The position numbers were made by a program, and so were the translations under genes. A model generated the notes under the pieces. It had not been told where the DNA came from. It saw only the letters and a program-made list of their open reading frames with translations, and did not search any database. From an uncultured Omnitrophica bacterium (GTDB lineage Bacteria > Omnitrophota > Gorgyraeia > JACQQV01), in contig CAMTXH010000011.1 in the NCBI GenBank assembly GCA_947085655.1, positions 1,515-65,514 on the forward strand: a stretch of DNA of 64,000 bases. Reading direction: 5' to 3'. Positions 18,042 to 27,567 of this stretch are shown here, piece after piece; position 1 is the stretch's first letter; every line of letters starts with the position of its first letter.

Positions 18042-19087
18042 CCGAACGAAAGAAACGGTTCCGGATGAGCGTGATTATTCCGGTCCTTAACGGTGCGGCG
18101 ACGTTGGGGCTCTGTCTTGAGAGTCTTATTCAGCAGAAACGGCGTCCGGACGAAGTGATTGTGGTGGATAACGGCTCCGTGGATGATACCCCTTCCATCG
18201 CAAAGGGCTGGGCCTTGGCCCATTCCAAACTTGTTTGCCGCATTGTTTCGGAAAGGAAAAGGGGACCGGCCGCCGCACGAAACCGGGGCGCTCAAGAGGC
18301 CAAAGGGGACGTGGTTGTTTTTCTGGATGCGGACTGCACGGCAGAGCCGGAGTGGCTCAAGCGGATTGAGGAGGAATTTCAGAGGGGGTATGTCGCGGTG
18401 GGCGGGACGTACGGCGGCTATCTCCCCGGCCATTGGATGGAAAAATACATTCATGCCGCACGGAGCTCTTTTCTAGGGGAGAGGACGGTCCTTTCGCAGG
18501 TGAGTCTCCAGGGGGCCTTTCTGGTCGGCGCCAATGCTGCCTTTGACCGGAAACTCTTCCGGGAGATCGGGGGCTATCACGAGGATTTTCTGATTGGGGA
18601 GGATTTTGAACTGTCGGCCCGGCTTATTCATCACGGGAGCACCCTTCTCTACCATCCGGGCATCCGGGTCACCCATCACAGTCGGACCGGGGTCAGCCAC
18701 CGCCTCCGAAGGAATTTCTGGGGCGGGGTGATTGAGGTGTACACGTTTCAGCAGTACGGCGCTCGAAAAGGACAAATTCGCTTTTTTCCGGGAACGGTCT
18801 TTGAGATTCCCAGCCGGTGGCGTTTCTACCTTGATGTGGGATCCCCGTTGACGCTGCTTCTTTTTTTGGGGGTCGCCTTCAAGGTGTGGGGAAAAGGGGC
18901 ATTCCCCCTGGCCCTCCTTTTGTTCCTTTTCTTTTTTCTCCGGTTCGGCTGGATCCTGAGAAAGGGAGGAGAACCGGTTCGCGCGATGGAGATCGGGATC
19001 ATGATTTTCTTCTGGCTGGCGGAGCGGGCGTGTCTTGAAGGGGGGCGGTGCTACGGCTCCCTTCGGTATGGGATCCTTTATCTTTAG
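18038..19087 (+). CDS. GT2 glycosyltransferase with C-terminal TM helices
   Basis: SVIIPVLN, VVDNGSVD, GPAAARNRG, FLDADC and GEDFEL. Confidence 0.92.
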   Translation: MTERKKRFRMSVIIPVLNGAATLGLCLESLIQQKRRPDEVIVVDNGSVDDTPSIAKGWALAHSKLVCRIVSERKRGPAAARNRGAQEAKGDVVVFLDADCTAEPEWLKRIEEEFQRGYVAVGGTYGGYLPGHWMEKYIHAARSSFLGERTVLSQVSLQGAFLVGANAAFDRKLFREIGGYHEDFLIGEDFELSARLIHHGSTLLYHPGIRVTHHSRTGVSHRLRRNFWGGVIEVYTFQQYGARKGQIRFFPGTVFEIPSRWRFYLDVGSPLTLLLFLGVAFKVWGKGAFPLALLLFLFFFLRFGWILRKGGEPVRAMEIGIMIFFWLAERACLEGGRCYGSLRYGILYL

Positions 19088-19102
19088 GGGGATTGAAAAA
19101 AG

Positions 19103-20503
19103 ATGGCCTTTTTTTTCCTGATCCTTTTCGGAATCTTGGCAGGGATCGGCATCGTCCATTTTGAATCGGTTTCGCTGTGGATCGTCCCGGGACTTTTTTT
19201 GACCGGGCTTGCCTTCCTTATCCGGCCGCTCTGGCTCATCGCGCTTCTTTTGGCTGTCCCGACCTTTAGAATTGTCTGGAGGGCCGGAGGGATCGCGCCG
19301 CTTGAGATGGCGTACAGTCTTATTTTCCTGTCTCTTCTTATCCGACTTTTGTTGAAGGAGAGTTTCGCCTCCACTTCCACCCACGATAAGTCCGATTTCC
19401 GAAGCCCCATGCGGACGCCCCTTTTCATCTTTCTCCTCCTCGCTTGTGTGTCGGCGGTGGTTGCAGTACTCCGGAATGTGCCCTTTGGATTCTGGGCCAG
19501 CGACCTCAACATGATTCTTTTCTATGCGTTCTATTTTGTCGTCATCGGACATATCCGGGAGCCGGAGGATTTTAACCGTCTGCTTCACTTTCTGTTCTGG
19601 GTCACCTTTGCCGCCGTGATTTACAGCACGTATCCGAGGATCCGGGAAAGCGGTTTCACCGTCACACTGTATGGGGAGCCGGTCATTAAGGTTGCGGGGG
19701 CAAGCGCCTTCAGTCTTCACATGTTTCTCATCCTTTTATCGATGCTCCTTTCCATGAAGCAGAAAGGATGGAGGAGGTGGATGTATTTATTCCTTTGTTT
19801 TTTCTTCGGGACACACCAGCTCCTTGCCACCGTCCGGAGCCGCTGGCTCGGCGCGTTGGCGGCTGTCGGTCTGATCTTTTTAGTTTCACTTCCTCCTCAG
19901 CGGGCGATCCTCCGGCGCTTCTTTTTCAGTCTGGTCTTTGCGGTCTCTCTGCTCGTGACCGCCTCCCTCACTGTTCCTCCCCTCTATCAGAATCCAGCCC
20001 TTTGGTTCACTCAGCAGATTCAAAAGCGGTTTGTGACCATTTTCAGGGGCCGGGAGGACCCGACGACGGAGGTCCGCTTGGTTGAATGGAAGGCGGCCAT
20101 GGGAAAGGCCCGTCAGTTTCCGTGGTTCGGAAACGGACTTGGGACAGAAATTACTTTTGTGGATACATCGACGCGGGTCCTACCTCTGCAGGTAACCAGC
20201 CGGTATATCCACAATAGTTACATTTTCTATCTGCTGAATATGGGGGCGGCGGGACTTCTGGCATTTTTGTGGCTCTGCCTCGCCTTTGTCGGATACGGGG
20301 TAAAGGTTTTCCGAGCCACCCATCACCGCTACTATAAAGGAATGGTTCTCGGTTTCTGGGCCTCTTTTGTGGCGATGGGGGTGGTTGGATTTGCCGGCGC
20401 CACTTTCAGTGACCCTGCGCTGACCATTTGGGCGGGATTTTTCATGGGGGCGGTGACGGTGATGGATCAACAGAAGGAACGAATGCGGAGTCTTCCCCGA
20501 TGA
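19103..20503 (+). CDS. O-antigen ligase / Wzy polymerase family membrane protein
   Basis: Multi-TM protein with R...WK...PWFGNGLG and IHNSYI...MGAAGL (Wzy_C motif). Confidence 0.85.
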   Translation: MAFFFLILFGILAGIGIVHFESVSLWIVPGLFLTGLAFLIRPLWLIALLLAVPTFRIVWRAGGIAPLEMAYSLIFLSLLIRLLLKESFASTSTHDKSDFRSPMRTPLFIFLLLACVSAVVAVLRNVPFGFWASDLNMILFYAFYFVVIGHIREPEDFNRLLHFLFWVTFAAVIYSTYPRIRESGFTVTLYGEPVIKVAGASAFSLHMFLILLSMLLSMKQKGWRRWMYLFLCFFFGTHQLLATVRSRWLGALAAVGLIFLVSLPPQRAILRRFFFSLVFAVSLLVTASLTVPPLYQNPALWFTQQIQKRFVTIFRGREDPTTEVRLVEWKAAMGKARQFPWFGNGLGTEITFVDTSTRVLPLQVTSRYIHNSYIFYLLNMGAAGLLAFLWLCLAFVGYGVKVFRATHHRYYKGMVLGFWASFVAMGVVGFAGATFSDPALTIWAGFFMGAVTVMDQQKERMRSLPR

Positions 20504-21423
20504 AGCAGCCGGAAGCGGCCATTATCATTTTGAACTGGAATCAGGCGGAGGAAACGCTCCGGTGTCTTGAGGCCGTCGGGAAACTGTCCTATCCGAATCA
20601 CCGGGTCCTGGTGGTGGACAACGGCTCGCGGGACGAGTCGGTCCGGAAAATCCGGGAGGCCCATCCGGATCTGGAGGTGGTGGCCAATGAGAAAAATCTC
20701 GGGTTTGCGGCGGGGTGCAACAGGGGAATTCAGAAGGCAATGGAGCATGCCACCCCCTATTTTATGTTTCTGAACAATGACACCCGGATCGATCCGGAAT
20801 GCCTGACGCATCTGGTGAGCGCCCTCGAAGCCGATTCCAGGCGGGGAATCGTCGGAGCGGTCAATTATGAGTGGGATGCGCCGGAGTGTGTCCTCAGTGT
20901 GGGTCAGCGTTTTGTCTGGTGGCGGGGGGCGTTGGAGCGCCTTTTCCTCCCGCCGGACCGGGGCGAGCGGGTTTTCAATGTCCAAAGCGTTTCCGGAAGC
21001 TGTTTTTTGGTCCGTCGGGAACTCTTTGAGCGGGTCGGTCTTTTGGATGAGCGTTTCTTCATCTATTATGAAGAGACGGACTTTTGCCTGCGCGCCTTGC
21101 GGGCCGGATATGCGGTTACTGTCCATCGGCAGGCAAGGGTCCGGCATCGGGGGGCCAACACCTTCGGCTCAAGAACGCCGGCCGAATATTATCTTTTTAC
21201 CCGGAATCATACTTTTTGTCTCCTCCGGCACTGTCCCAAGGTATTTTTGCCGAACGCACTCCTCTTCCATGGCTTGAAACTGATTTACCAATGCATCCGC
21301 CTTGTCCTTCGGGGGGAATTCCGGGAGGCAAAGGCGATCGGGGGAGGACTCTGGGATGTCTGGAAGGGGCGGTTTGGCGAGGGACGTCTTTCCCGGTATC
21401 TTCCGGGAGGTGATATTCTATGA
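20500..21423 (+). CDS. GT2 glycosyltransferase (WbbL/rhamnosyltransferase-like)
   Basis: IIILNWN, VDNGS, NLGFAAGCN, LNND and FFIYYEETDFC. Start at ATG 20500 (ATGA overlap). Confidence 0.92.
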   Translation: MKQPEAAIIILNWNQAEETLRCLEAVGKLSYPNHRVLVVDNGSRDESVRKIREAHPDLEVVANEKNLGFAAGCNRGIQKAMEHATPYFMFLNNDTRIDPECLTHLVSALEADSRRGIVGAVNYEWDAPECVLSVGQRFVWWRGALERLFLPPDRGERVFNVQSVSGSCFLVRRELFERVGLLDERFFIYYEETDFCLRALRAGYAVTVHRQARVRHRGANTFGSRTPAEYYLFTRNHTFCLLRHCPKVFLPNALLFHGLKLIYQCIRLVLRGEFREAKAIGGGLWDVWKGRFGEGRLSRYLPGGDIL

Positions 21424-22340
21424 CCCATGATGTCGCGATTGTCGTTCCGGTCCGGAACGAGGCCGCCACAATTGTTCCGCTTCTCGAATCTTTCGAGCGG
21501 TTGACGGTCTTTCCGGAGGAGGTGATCCTGGTGGACGGCGGTTCCACCGACGGAACGGTGGAGGCAATGAACCGTTATCTGGAGGGGCGGAAACTCCCCT
21601 ACGGCGTCCGGGTGATTATCCTTCCAGACGCCCTTCCGGGCCGCGGCCGGAACGAAGGGATCCGAAGGACCCGCTGCTCTTTCATCGCCTGTACCGATGC
21701 AGGGGGCCGGGCGGATCCCAGGTGGCTTGAGGATTTGATGGCACCGATGGAGCAGGATCCGGGTTGTGAAATGGTCATCGGAAAATGCCTCCCTGAGCTG
21801 TCGAATTTTTTCGAGCGGTGCACCTTTTATGTGAATTTGGAAAGCCCCCGTTCCCGCTCTTTTATCTTTTTCGGCGGGGCCTCCATCGCCTTCCGGAAAT
21901 CCCTCTGGCAAAAAGTCGGCGGCTATCCGGAGGACCTTTATCCCTGCGAGGATAAGGCGTTCTTGAGAAAGGTGAAACGGCGGGGTCTCTCCGCCGCGGT
22001 GTCGGACGGCGGGATCGTCTATTGGAGAAGCCGTTCGACTCTCTGGGATTTTTTCAAACAGTTTTTCCTGTACGGACGGGGGGATGCGCAAGGCCGTTTT
22101 GTCCCGCACCGGTATTGCCTGCGGGCCCTTTTTTACGGAACGGTTCTTTTTCTGGGGTGGCAGGGGAGGTGGGGGCTGGCCATTTTGTTCCTTGCGGGGT
22201 ATCTGGGGGTGGTGAGCGTCAGGGGATGGCGCCGTTTGAAGAGAGGACAGGCCCTCGGGATCCTTCCGGTTCTTTTTCTGACGAAGGATATCGCTCAGCT
22301 CCTCGGTTATCTCGCGGGGCATTTTCGGCGGAGACGATGA
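21420..22340 (+). CDS. GT2 glycosyltransferase
   Basis: VVPVRNE, VDGGSTD, TDAG, VGGYPE and CED. Confidence 0.9.
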   Translation: MTHDVAIVVPVRNEAATIVPLLESFERLTVFPEEVILVDGGSTDGTVEAMNRYLEGRKLPYGVRVIILPDALPGRGRNEGIRRTRCSFIACTDAGGRADPRWLEDLMAPMEQDPGCEMVIGKCLPELSNFFERCTFYVNLESPRSRSFIFFGGASIAFRKSLWQKVGGYPEDLYPCEDKAFLRKVKRRGLSAAVSDGGIVYWRSRSTLWDFFKQFFLYGRGDAQGRFVPHRYCLRALFYGTVLFLGWQGRWGLAILFLAGYLGVVSVRGWRRLKRGQALGILPVLFLTKDIAQLLGYLAGHFRRRR

Positions 22341-23512
22341 TGCCGCGGATCAAACTCCTATTTATTTCCCAGGCGACCGGTGGCGTAAAGCGTCACATCA
22401 CCTATCTCGCAAGTCGGTTGGATTCCCGTCAGTTTGAAATCGTTGGCTGTTTTTCCCCGCGGGACCATATTAAAGGAGTCAGCCCGAACAAGGAAAGTTA
22501 CGCGGATGCGTTCAATCAGTTGGGGCTGCGGGTGATTCCCCTCGAAATGTACCGGGAAATCAATCCGCTTCGGGATGGGTGGAGTTTCCTGAAACTTTTA
22601 CGGATTCTGACGAAAGAGAAATGGGACATTGTTCACACCCACAGTTCCAAAGCCGGCTTTCTGGGGAGGATTGCGGCGCGGCTGGCCGGTGTCCCGGTGA
22701 TTGTGCACACGCCGAATGCCTTTGCCTTTGACCGCCCTCTCCATCCGTTCAGGAATCTTTTGTATGTTTTTTTGGAGCGGCTCGCCGGGTTTTTCTGCGA
22801 TGCGCTGATTGCCGTCTCCCCGTCGGAGGAAGAACTGGCGAGGAAGGTCGTTTCACCGGAGAAGACCCGCCTGATTTGTAACGGGATTGATCTGAAGGAG
22901 TTTGATTTTACCCTGGATCCGCGCACCAAGAAAAAGATGCTCGGTCTTCCGGAAGACAAGCCGATGGTCCTGACCATCGGCCGCTTTGCCCATCAGAAAT
23001 CCCCCGGTATTTTTATCGTTGCGGCGAAAAAGGTTTTGGCGCAGAGAAAGGATGTTTTTTTCGTGATGGTGGGGGACGGCCCTCTGTTGAGTCAGGTTAA
23101 AGAGAAGGTTGTGCGTGAAGGACTTCAGCGCTCCATCCCGATTCTCGCTTGGCGGCCGGATGCCAAAGAGATTATCGCCGCTTGCGACGTCTATGTCCTT
23201 TCTTCTCTTTGGGAGGGCCTTCCCTATACCGTGCTTGAAGCGATGGCTCTCCGGAAGCCGGTGGTGGCGACCGCCGCGCGGGGGACGCGGGATGTGGTCC
23301 GGGAGGGAGTGAATGGGTTCCTCGTTTCTTTCCAGGATCCGGAAACCATGGCCCACCGGATCCTGAAACTCCTGCACGATGGGGAATTGGCGAAGCGGAT
23401 GGGCGAGGCGGGCCGCGCCATGGTGGAAAAAGAGTTTCTCCTTGAGCCCAAGATTCAAAAGACCGCCTCCCTCTACCTGGAACTTTTAAAGCGGAAGCGC
23501 CCGGGAACATAA
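22337..23512 (+). CDS. GT4 glycosyltransferase
   Basis: DIVHTHSSKAG, QKSP and SLWEGLPYTVLEAMA. Start at ATG 22337. Confidence 0.93.
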   Translation: MMPRIKLLFISQATGGVKRHITYLASRLDSRQFEIVGCFSPRDHIKGVSPNKESYADAFNQLGLRVIPLEMYREINPLRDGWSFLKLLRILTKEKWDIVHTHSSKAGFLGRIAARLAGVPVIVHTPNAFAFDRPLHPFRNLLYVFLERLAGFFCDALIAVSPSEEELARKVVSPEKTRLICNGIDLKEFDFTLDPRTKKKMLGLPEDKPMVLTIGRFAHQKSPGIFIVAAKKVLAQRKDVFFVMVGDGPLLSQVKEKVVREGLQRSIPILAWRPDAKEIIAACDVYVLSSLWEGLPYTVLEAMALRKPVVATAARGTRDVVREGVNGFLVSFQDPETMAHRILKLLHDGELAKRMGEAGRAMVEKEFLLEPKIQKTASLYLELLKRKRPGT

Positions 23513-23516
23513 GACC

Positions 23517-24305
23517 TTGACCGAGCATCGGGAAGCCGATTTCTTTGACCGGAAACTTGCCGCTCTCGAGAAAGAAATCTCTCTCGAGGGACGGGACGAC
23601 CTCGGCTACCCGATTATCTTTCAGCCGGAGCGGGTGGACTTTCTGGATCCGAGTCTCCGTTTTGCTCTCCGGTTGATGGGGGATGTCCGGGGGAGGAGAA
23701 TCCTCGATTGCGGGTGCGGAAGCGGATTGGCCAGTGTTTATCTGGCGAAGCAAGGAGCGCAGGTCTTCGCCTTTGACGTCTCCGGCGAGGCGGTCCGGGT
23801 GACTCAAAAACGGGCCGTTTTAAACGGCGTCTCCGATCGCCTGTCGGTGTCACGCGCTTCCCTCCACCTTCTTCCTTATCCGGACCGTTTCTTCGACGGA
23901 ATCTTCGGAAGTTTCATCCTCCATCATGTCGACCTCCCAGCCGCCTCCCGGGAAATCGCCCGTGTCCTGAAGGGGGGAAGGGAGGCCTGCTTTGTTGAAA
24001 ACTCAAGCCGGAATCCTCTCCTCATGTTTGCCCGGCGTCATCTCGTCGGCCGTTTTGGGATTCCCAAGAAGGGAAGCCCCGACGAGCATCCCCTGACCGG
24101 CGAGGAAACCGCCTTTTTGAAATCGCAGTTTGACGCCACGCTCCATTATGCCGATTTTGTTTTTTTCAGGATGGTGGATTATCTGATTCCCTTTCGGATC
24201 TTCCGGCATCTCGGGTTTTGGCTCGACCGGGGGATTTATCATCTGATTCCCTGGGCGAGATCCTACAGTTATTATCTGGTCTGTCAACTTCGGGTGAAAG
24301 AATGA
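23517..24305 (+). CDS. Class I SAM-dependent methyltransferase
   Basis: ILDCGCGSG, FDVS, LPYPDRFFD, ILHH and NPL...R. Confidence 0.88.
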   Translation: MTEHREADFFDRKLAALEKEISLEGRDDLGYPIIFQPERVDFLDPSLRFALRLMGDVRGRRILDCGCGSGLASVYLAKQGAQVFAFDVSGEAVRVTQKRAVLNGVSDRLSVSRASLHLLPYPDRFFDGIFGSFILHHVDLPAASREIARVLKGGREACFVENSSRNPLLMFARRHLVGRFGIPKKGSPDEHPLTGEETAFLKSQFDATLHYADFVFFRMVDYLIPFRIFRHLGFWLDRGIYHLIPWARSYSYYLVCQLRVKE

Positions 24306-26359
24306 GACGGAAAAGGCAACTCCTGGTTCTGACCGGTCTTTTCTTTGTTCTCTTCACAATGGAGACTGTCGCGGAGGAGAAGGAAGAGACGACCGGTTTT
24401 CGGAATGCCCAGAAGGTTTGGATCCGGCTTGGCGAACAAAACGAGGAACAGGGCATCCGGCTTGCCGTTCCTGAAATCACCCGTCCGGCAGTGATGGCGG
24501 GAAGTGCCTGCCGCCGAACAGCAGAACCGGGAGAGCGAATTCTCTATTTTGACGTGGATAATACCTTTCTTTTCGACGGGAATTTCCGCCGCGCGGAAAT
24601 CACGCTGGAGTATCTGGACCGGGGGACCGACCGGCTCAATCTGGAGTGCGACCGGTTCCAGGAGGATGCTCAAGGCGGGCGGTATGTCTGGAGCGGTCCG
24701 ATGATCGGCAAGGAAGACACCGGCCGTTGGAAACGGGTGACGATTCCGCTTCGGGACGTCCGTTTTGCGGACCGGCAGGGGCGCCTCTATTCGGAGAAGG
24801 GAGGAGTGGGAGATTTCCGGATTCACAGCCGGTTTGATTTTCAGGATGAATACATCCGTTATGTCGAGGTCCGGATTCCGTATCTTTCCGTGGCCACGCA
24901 GCGGCTCGGAAATCTTTTTAAGTGGGGAGAGCCGGTCCGGGCCGAAATTCAGATGACGCATCGAGGGGTTTCTCCTCTTGAGGGAACTCTTTCCTATTCC
25001 GTGGTTGATCTTGAAGGGAAGGTGGTTCTCGAGGAGACAAAACCAGTCGTTGTCCATCCCGGCGAGAGAACCGCCGGAAAAATTGCCTTCAAACCAGAGA
25101 AAAAGGGGGTCTTTTACCTGGACATTGCGTTCAAGCAGGGAGACAAAATCTTGGAAACGTACGAGACCTCCTTCGGCGTGACCGAACCGGTCGAAGGTCC
25201 TGAGGCCGCCGGTTCCCCTTTCGGAATGACCACCTATCTCAAGTTTAATCCGGAGCGGGAAGAGGAGATCCGTCTCCTTCGGGACTCGGGGATCGGCTGG
25301 GTGCGGGAGGATTTCTGGTGGGGAGTCATTGAGCCGGCCCCGGGATCGTACCAATGGACGATTTATGACCGGCTGGTGGAGTCGGTCTCGAAGGGCGGAC
25401 TCCATCTTTTAGGGCTTCTCCACGGGGGAAGCGGCTGGTCTGACCCGACCGACGGGACTCCTGAAGCGATGGAGGCCTTTTCGAATTTTGTTTTTCAGAC
25501 CGTGAAGCGATACAAAACATCCGTCCGTCACTGGCAAATCCTCAATGAACCGGACATGCTCCACGGACGGCCGGTCCGGGAACCGGAACGGTACGCGGCG
25601 CTTTTGAAAGCGAGTTTCCTCGCCGCCCGAAAAGCGAATCCGGATGCCCGGATCGTGACCGCCGGCGTTGTGGCCGGATGGTTTTGGTTTTTGGAACATG
25701 TCATCCTCAAGGGGGGAAGTCCGTTTTTCGACGTCGCCGACTTTCATCCGTATGCGAAGGAGATCGAATCCGGAAGCCATAACTATCGCGCCCGCCTCTT
25801 GACCGCCTCTTCGTTTTTCCGGCCGGTCGCCGGGCGGGAATGGGCCATTCCCGATAAAAGGTTTTGGATCACTGAAATCGGGTGGTCAACGGCGGAAGGG
25901 AAGGGAGTTTCGGAAAAAACAGAGGCCTCTTATCTGGTCCGGGCTCTTACGCTTGCCCTGGCCGGAACCGGTCTTGAGCGGATCTTCTGGTACAATTTCC
26001 GGGATCTTGGCACGGCGCCCAAGGCGGAGAATTTCAACTACGGGCTTGTCCGTGAGGATTTGGCGCCGAAGCCGGCCTTTTTGGCTTTCCGGACGCTGGT
26101 CCATGAAATCGGAAGGCGGCCGTTTCAGGAAAGAAGGGATCTGGGAGATTCTCTGCAGGCCTATGCGTTTGGAGGGGAGGGGAAGCGGGTCTGGGTGATC
26201 TGGTCGGCGAAGGAGAAGAAAGCGTTCCTCTGGCCGTCGGAAAAACCGGTGATTTTGGTCGATTGGATGGGCAATCAAACAAGCGTCACTCCCCGTGAAA
26301 ATCAAATTCCCCTAACGGCAAGCCCGATTCCTTTCTTTTTGGAGGAGCCCCTCGGTTGA
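24302..26359 (+). CDS. Secreted clan GH-A glycoside hydrolase (GH39/GH5-like) with N-terminal beta-sandwich domains
   Basis: Signal peptide, GIGWVREDFWW, acid/base WQILNEPD, DFHPY and nucleophile WITEIGW. Confidence 0.82.
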   Translation: MRRKRQLLVLTGLFFVLFTMETVAEEKEETTGFRNAQKVWIRLGEQNEEQGIRLAVPEITRPAVMAGSACRRTAEPGERILYFDVDNTFLFDGNFRRAEITLEYLDRGTDRLNLECDRFQEDAQGGRYVWSGPMIGKEDTGRWKRVTIPLRDVRFADRQGRLYSEKGGVGDFRIHSRFDFQDEYIRYVEVRIPYLSVATQRLGNLFKWGEPVRAEIQMTHRGVSPLEGTLSYSVVDLEGKVVLEETKPVVVHPGERTAGKIAFKPEKKGVFYLDIAFKQGDKILETYETSFGVTEPVEGPEAAGSPFGMTTYLKFNPEREEEIRLLRDSGIGWVREDFWWGVIEPAPGSYQWTIYDRLVESVSKGGLHLLGLLHGGSGWSDPTDGTPEAMEAFSNFVFQTVKRYKTSVRHWQILNEPDMLHGRPVREPERYAALLKASFLAARKANPDARIVTAGVVAGWFWFLEHVILKGGSPFFDVADFHPYAKEIESGSHNYRARLLTASSFFRPVAGREWAIPDKRFWITEIGWSTAEGKGVSEKTEASYLVRALTLALAGTGLERIFWYNFRDLGTAPKAENFNYGLVREDLAPKPAFLAFRTLVHEIGRRPFQERRDLGDSLQAYAFGGEGKRVWVIWSAKEKKAFLWPSEKPVILVDWMGNQTSVTPRENQIPLTASPIPFFLEEPLG

Positions 26360-27567
26360 AGAAAATTTTTTGTCTTGCGCTCTGCATCAGGGTCGCTACG
26401 GTCTTTGCAGGGATCGGATATGACCGGGATCTTTCCTTCTGGGATATGCGCGATTACGACCGCCATGCCCTGAGTCTTTTGAACGGAAACGGATTCACGA
26501 ACGGCACCTCCTACTCCAGCCGGCCGCCGGTTTATCCCTTTCTCCTTGCCGTGACTTATTTTTTCTTCGGCCACCACTATCACCCGATCCGCCTTTTCCA
26601 ATCGCTCCTCGACTCCTTGAGCATCGTTTTTCTTTTCTTTATCAACAGACGATTTTTCTCGAGACGAGTCTGTTTTTTAGCGGCCCTTTTTTGCACCTTT
26701 CATCCGATCCTTGTTTTTTACTGCGGGAATATTCTGACGGAAACGACGAGTCTTTTTTTGCTTTCCGGGGTGATTCTGGTTTGTTTGCGCGCGGCTGAAA
26801 AGGAGAGTGTAGGGTGGGAAGCACTCGGAGGAATTTTGTTCGGTCTTTTGCTTCTCACCAAAAGTTCGCTTCTTCCCGTCTTCCCGTTTATGGCGATTTG
26901 GATGCTTGGCATACGCCGAATCAAGGTCAATAAGCGGTTGAAACTTTTGGCAACTTTCACCCTTTGCACGGCGCTCGTGATTGCGCCCTGGAGTATCCGG
27001 AATTATCGGATTCACCACGCCTTTATTCCCCTCACCACCTCATCCGGGACATCCTTATGGGATGCGAATAATCCCAAAGCCCTTGAAGCCCCTGAAGTGA
27101 TCGGGCTCCAAGCCGACTGGATCATGGTGGGAAATGTTTTCAAGGAAGAAGGGGGGAAGAAAATCAGACTCTCCGAGGTGGAGGGGGACCGGTATCTCGT
27201 TAAACGCGCCTTCGCGTTTCAGAAGTCGCTCCTTTTGGATCGTCCCGGAACATTTTTGCTCCGGCTTTTCCGGAAATTCCTTGCCGCCTGGAGTTTTCAT
27301 CCGGGCCAGCATCCGGTGGAGTATCTTCTTTTCTTTCTTGCCTACACCCTTGCTCTCGGGGGATGGATTCTTTCTTTAAGGCAAAGACCGAAACCCCTGC
27401 TTCACTATTTCCTGATTCTCCAATATCTGTTGACCGCCCTGGTCTATTACGGAAGGGCCAAATACCGGGTCCCGATCGAACCGTATGTCATGGTTTTCAC
27501 CGCACTTGGTTGTTTGGTTTGCTTGCAATTTCTGAGGAAGGCCTTTTCACTGAGAGGAAAACTTTGA
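26356..27567 (+). CDS. GT-C membrane glycosyltransferase (ArnT/PMT_2-like)
   Basis: DMRDYD...A, RPPVYPFLLA, ILTET, PWSIRNY and KYRVP. Confidence 0.85.
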   Translation: MKKIFCLALCIRVATVFAGIGYDRDLSFWDMRDYDRHALSLLNGNGFTNGTSYSSRPPVYPFLLAVTYFFFGHHYHPIRLFQSLLDSLSIVFLFFINRRFFSRRVCFLAALFCTFHPILVFYCGNILTETTSLFLLSGVILVCLRAAEKESVGWEALGGILFGLLLLTKSSLLPVFPFMAIWMLGIRRIKVNKRLKLLATFTLCTALVIAPWSIRNYRIHHAFIPLTTSSGTSLWDANNPKALEAPEVIGLQADWIMVGNVFKEEGGKKIRLSEVEGDRYLVKRAFAFQKSLLLDRPGTFLLRLFRKFLAAWSFHPGQHPVEYLLFFLAYTLALGGWILSLRQRPKPLLHYFLILQYLLTALVYYGRAKYRVPIEPYVMVFTALGCLVCLQFLRKAFSLRGKL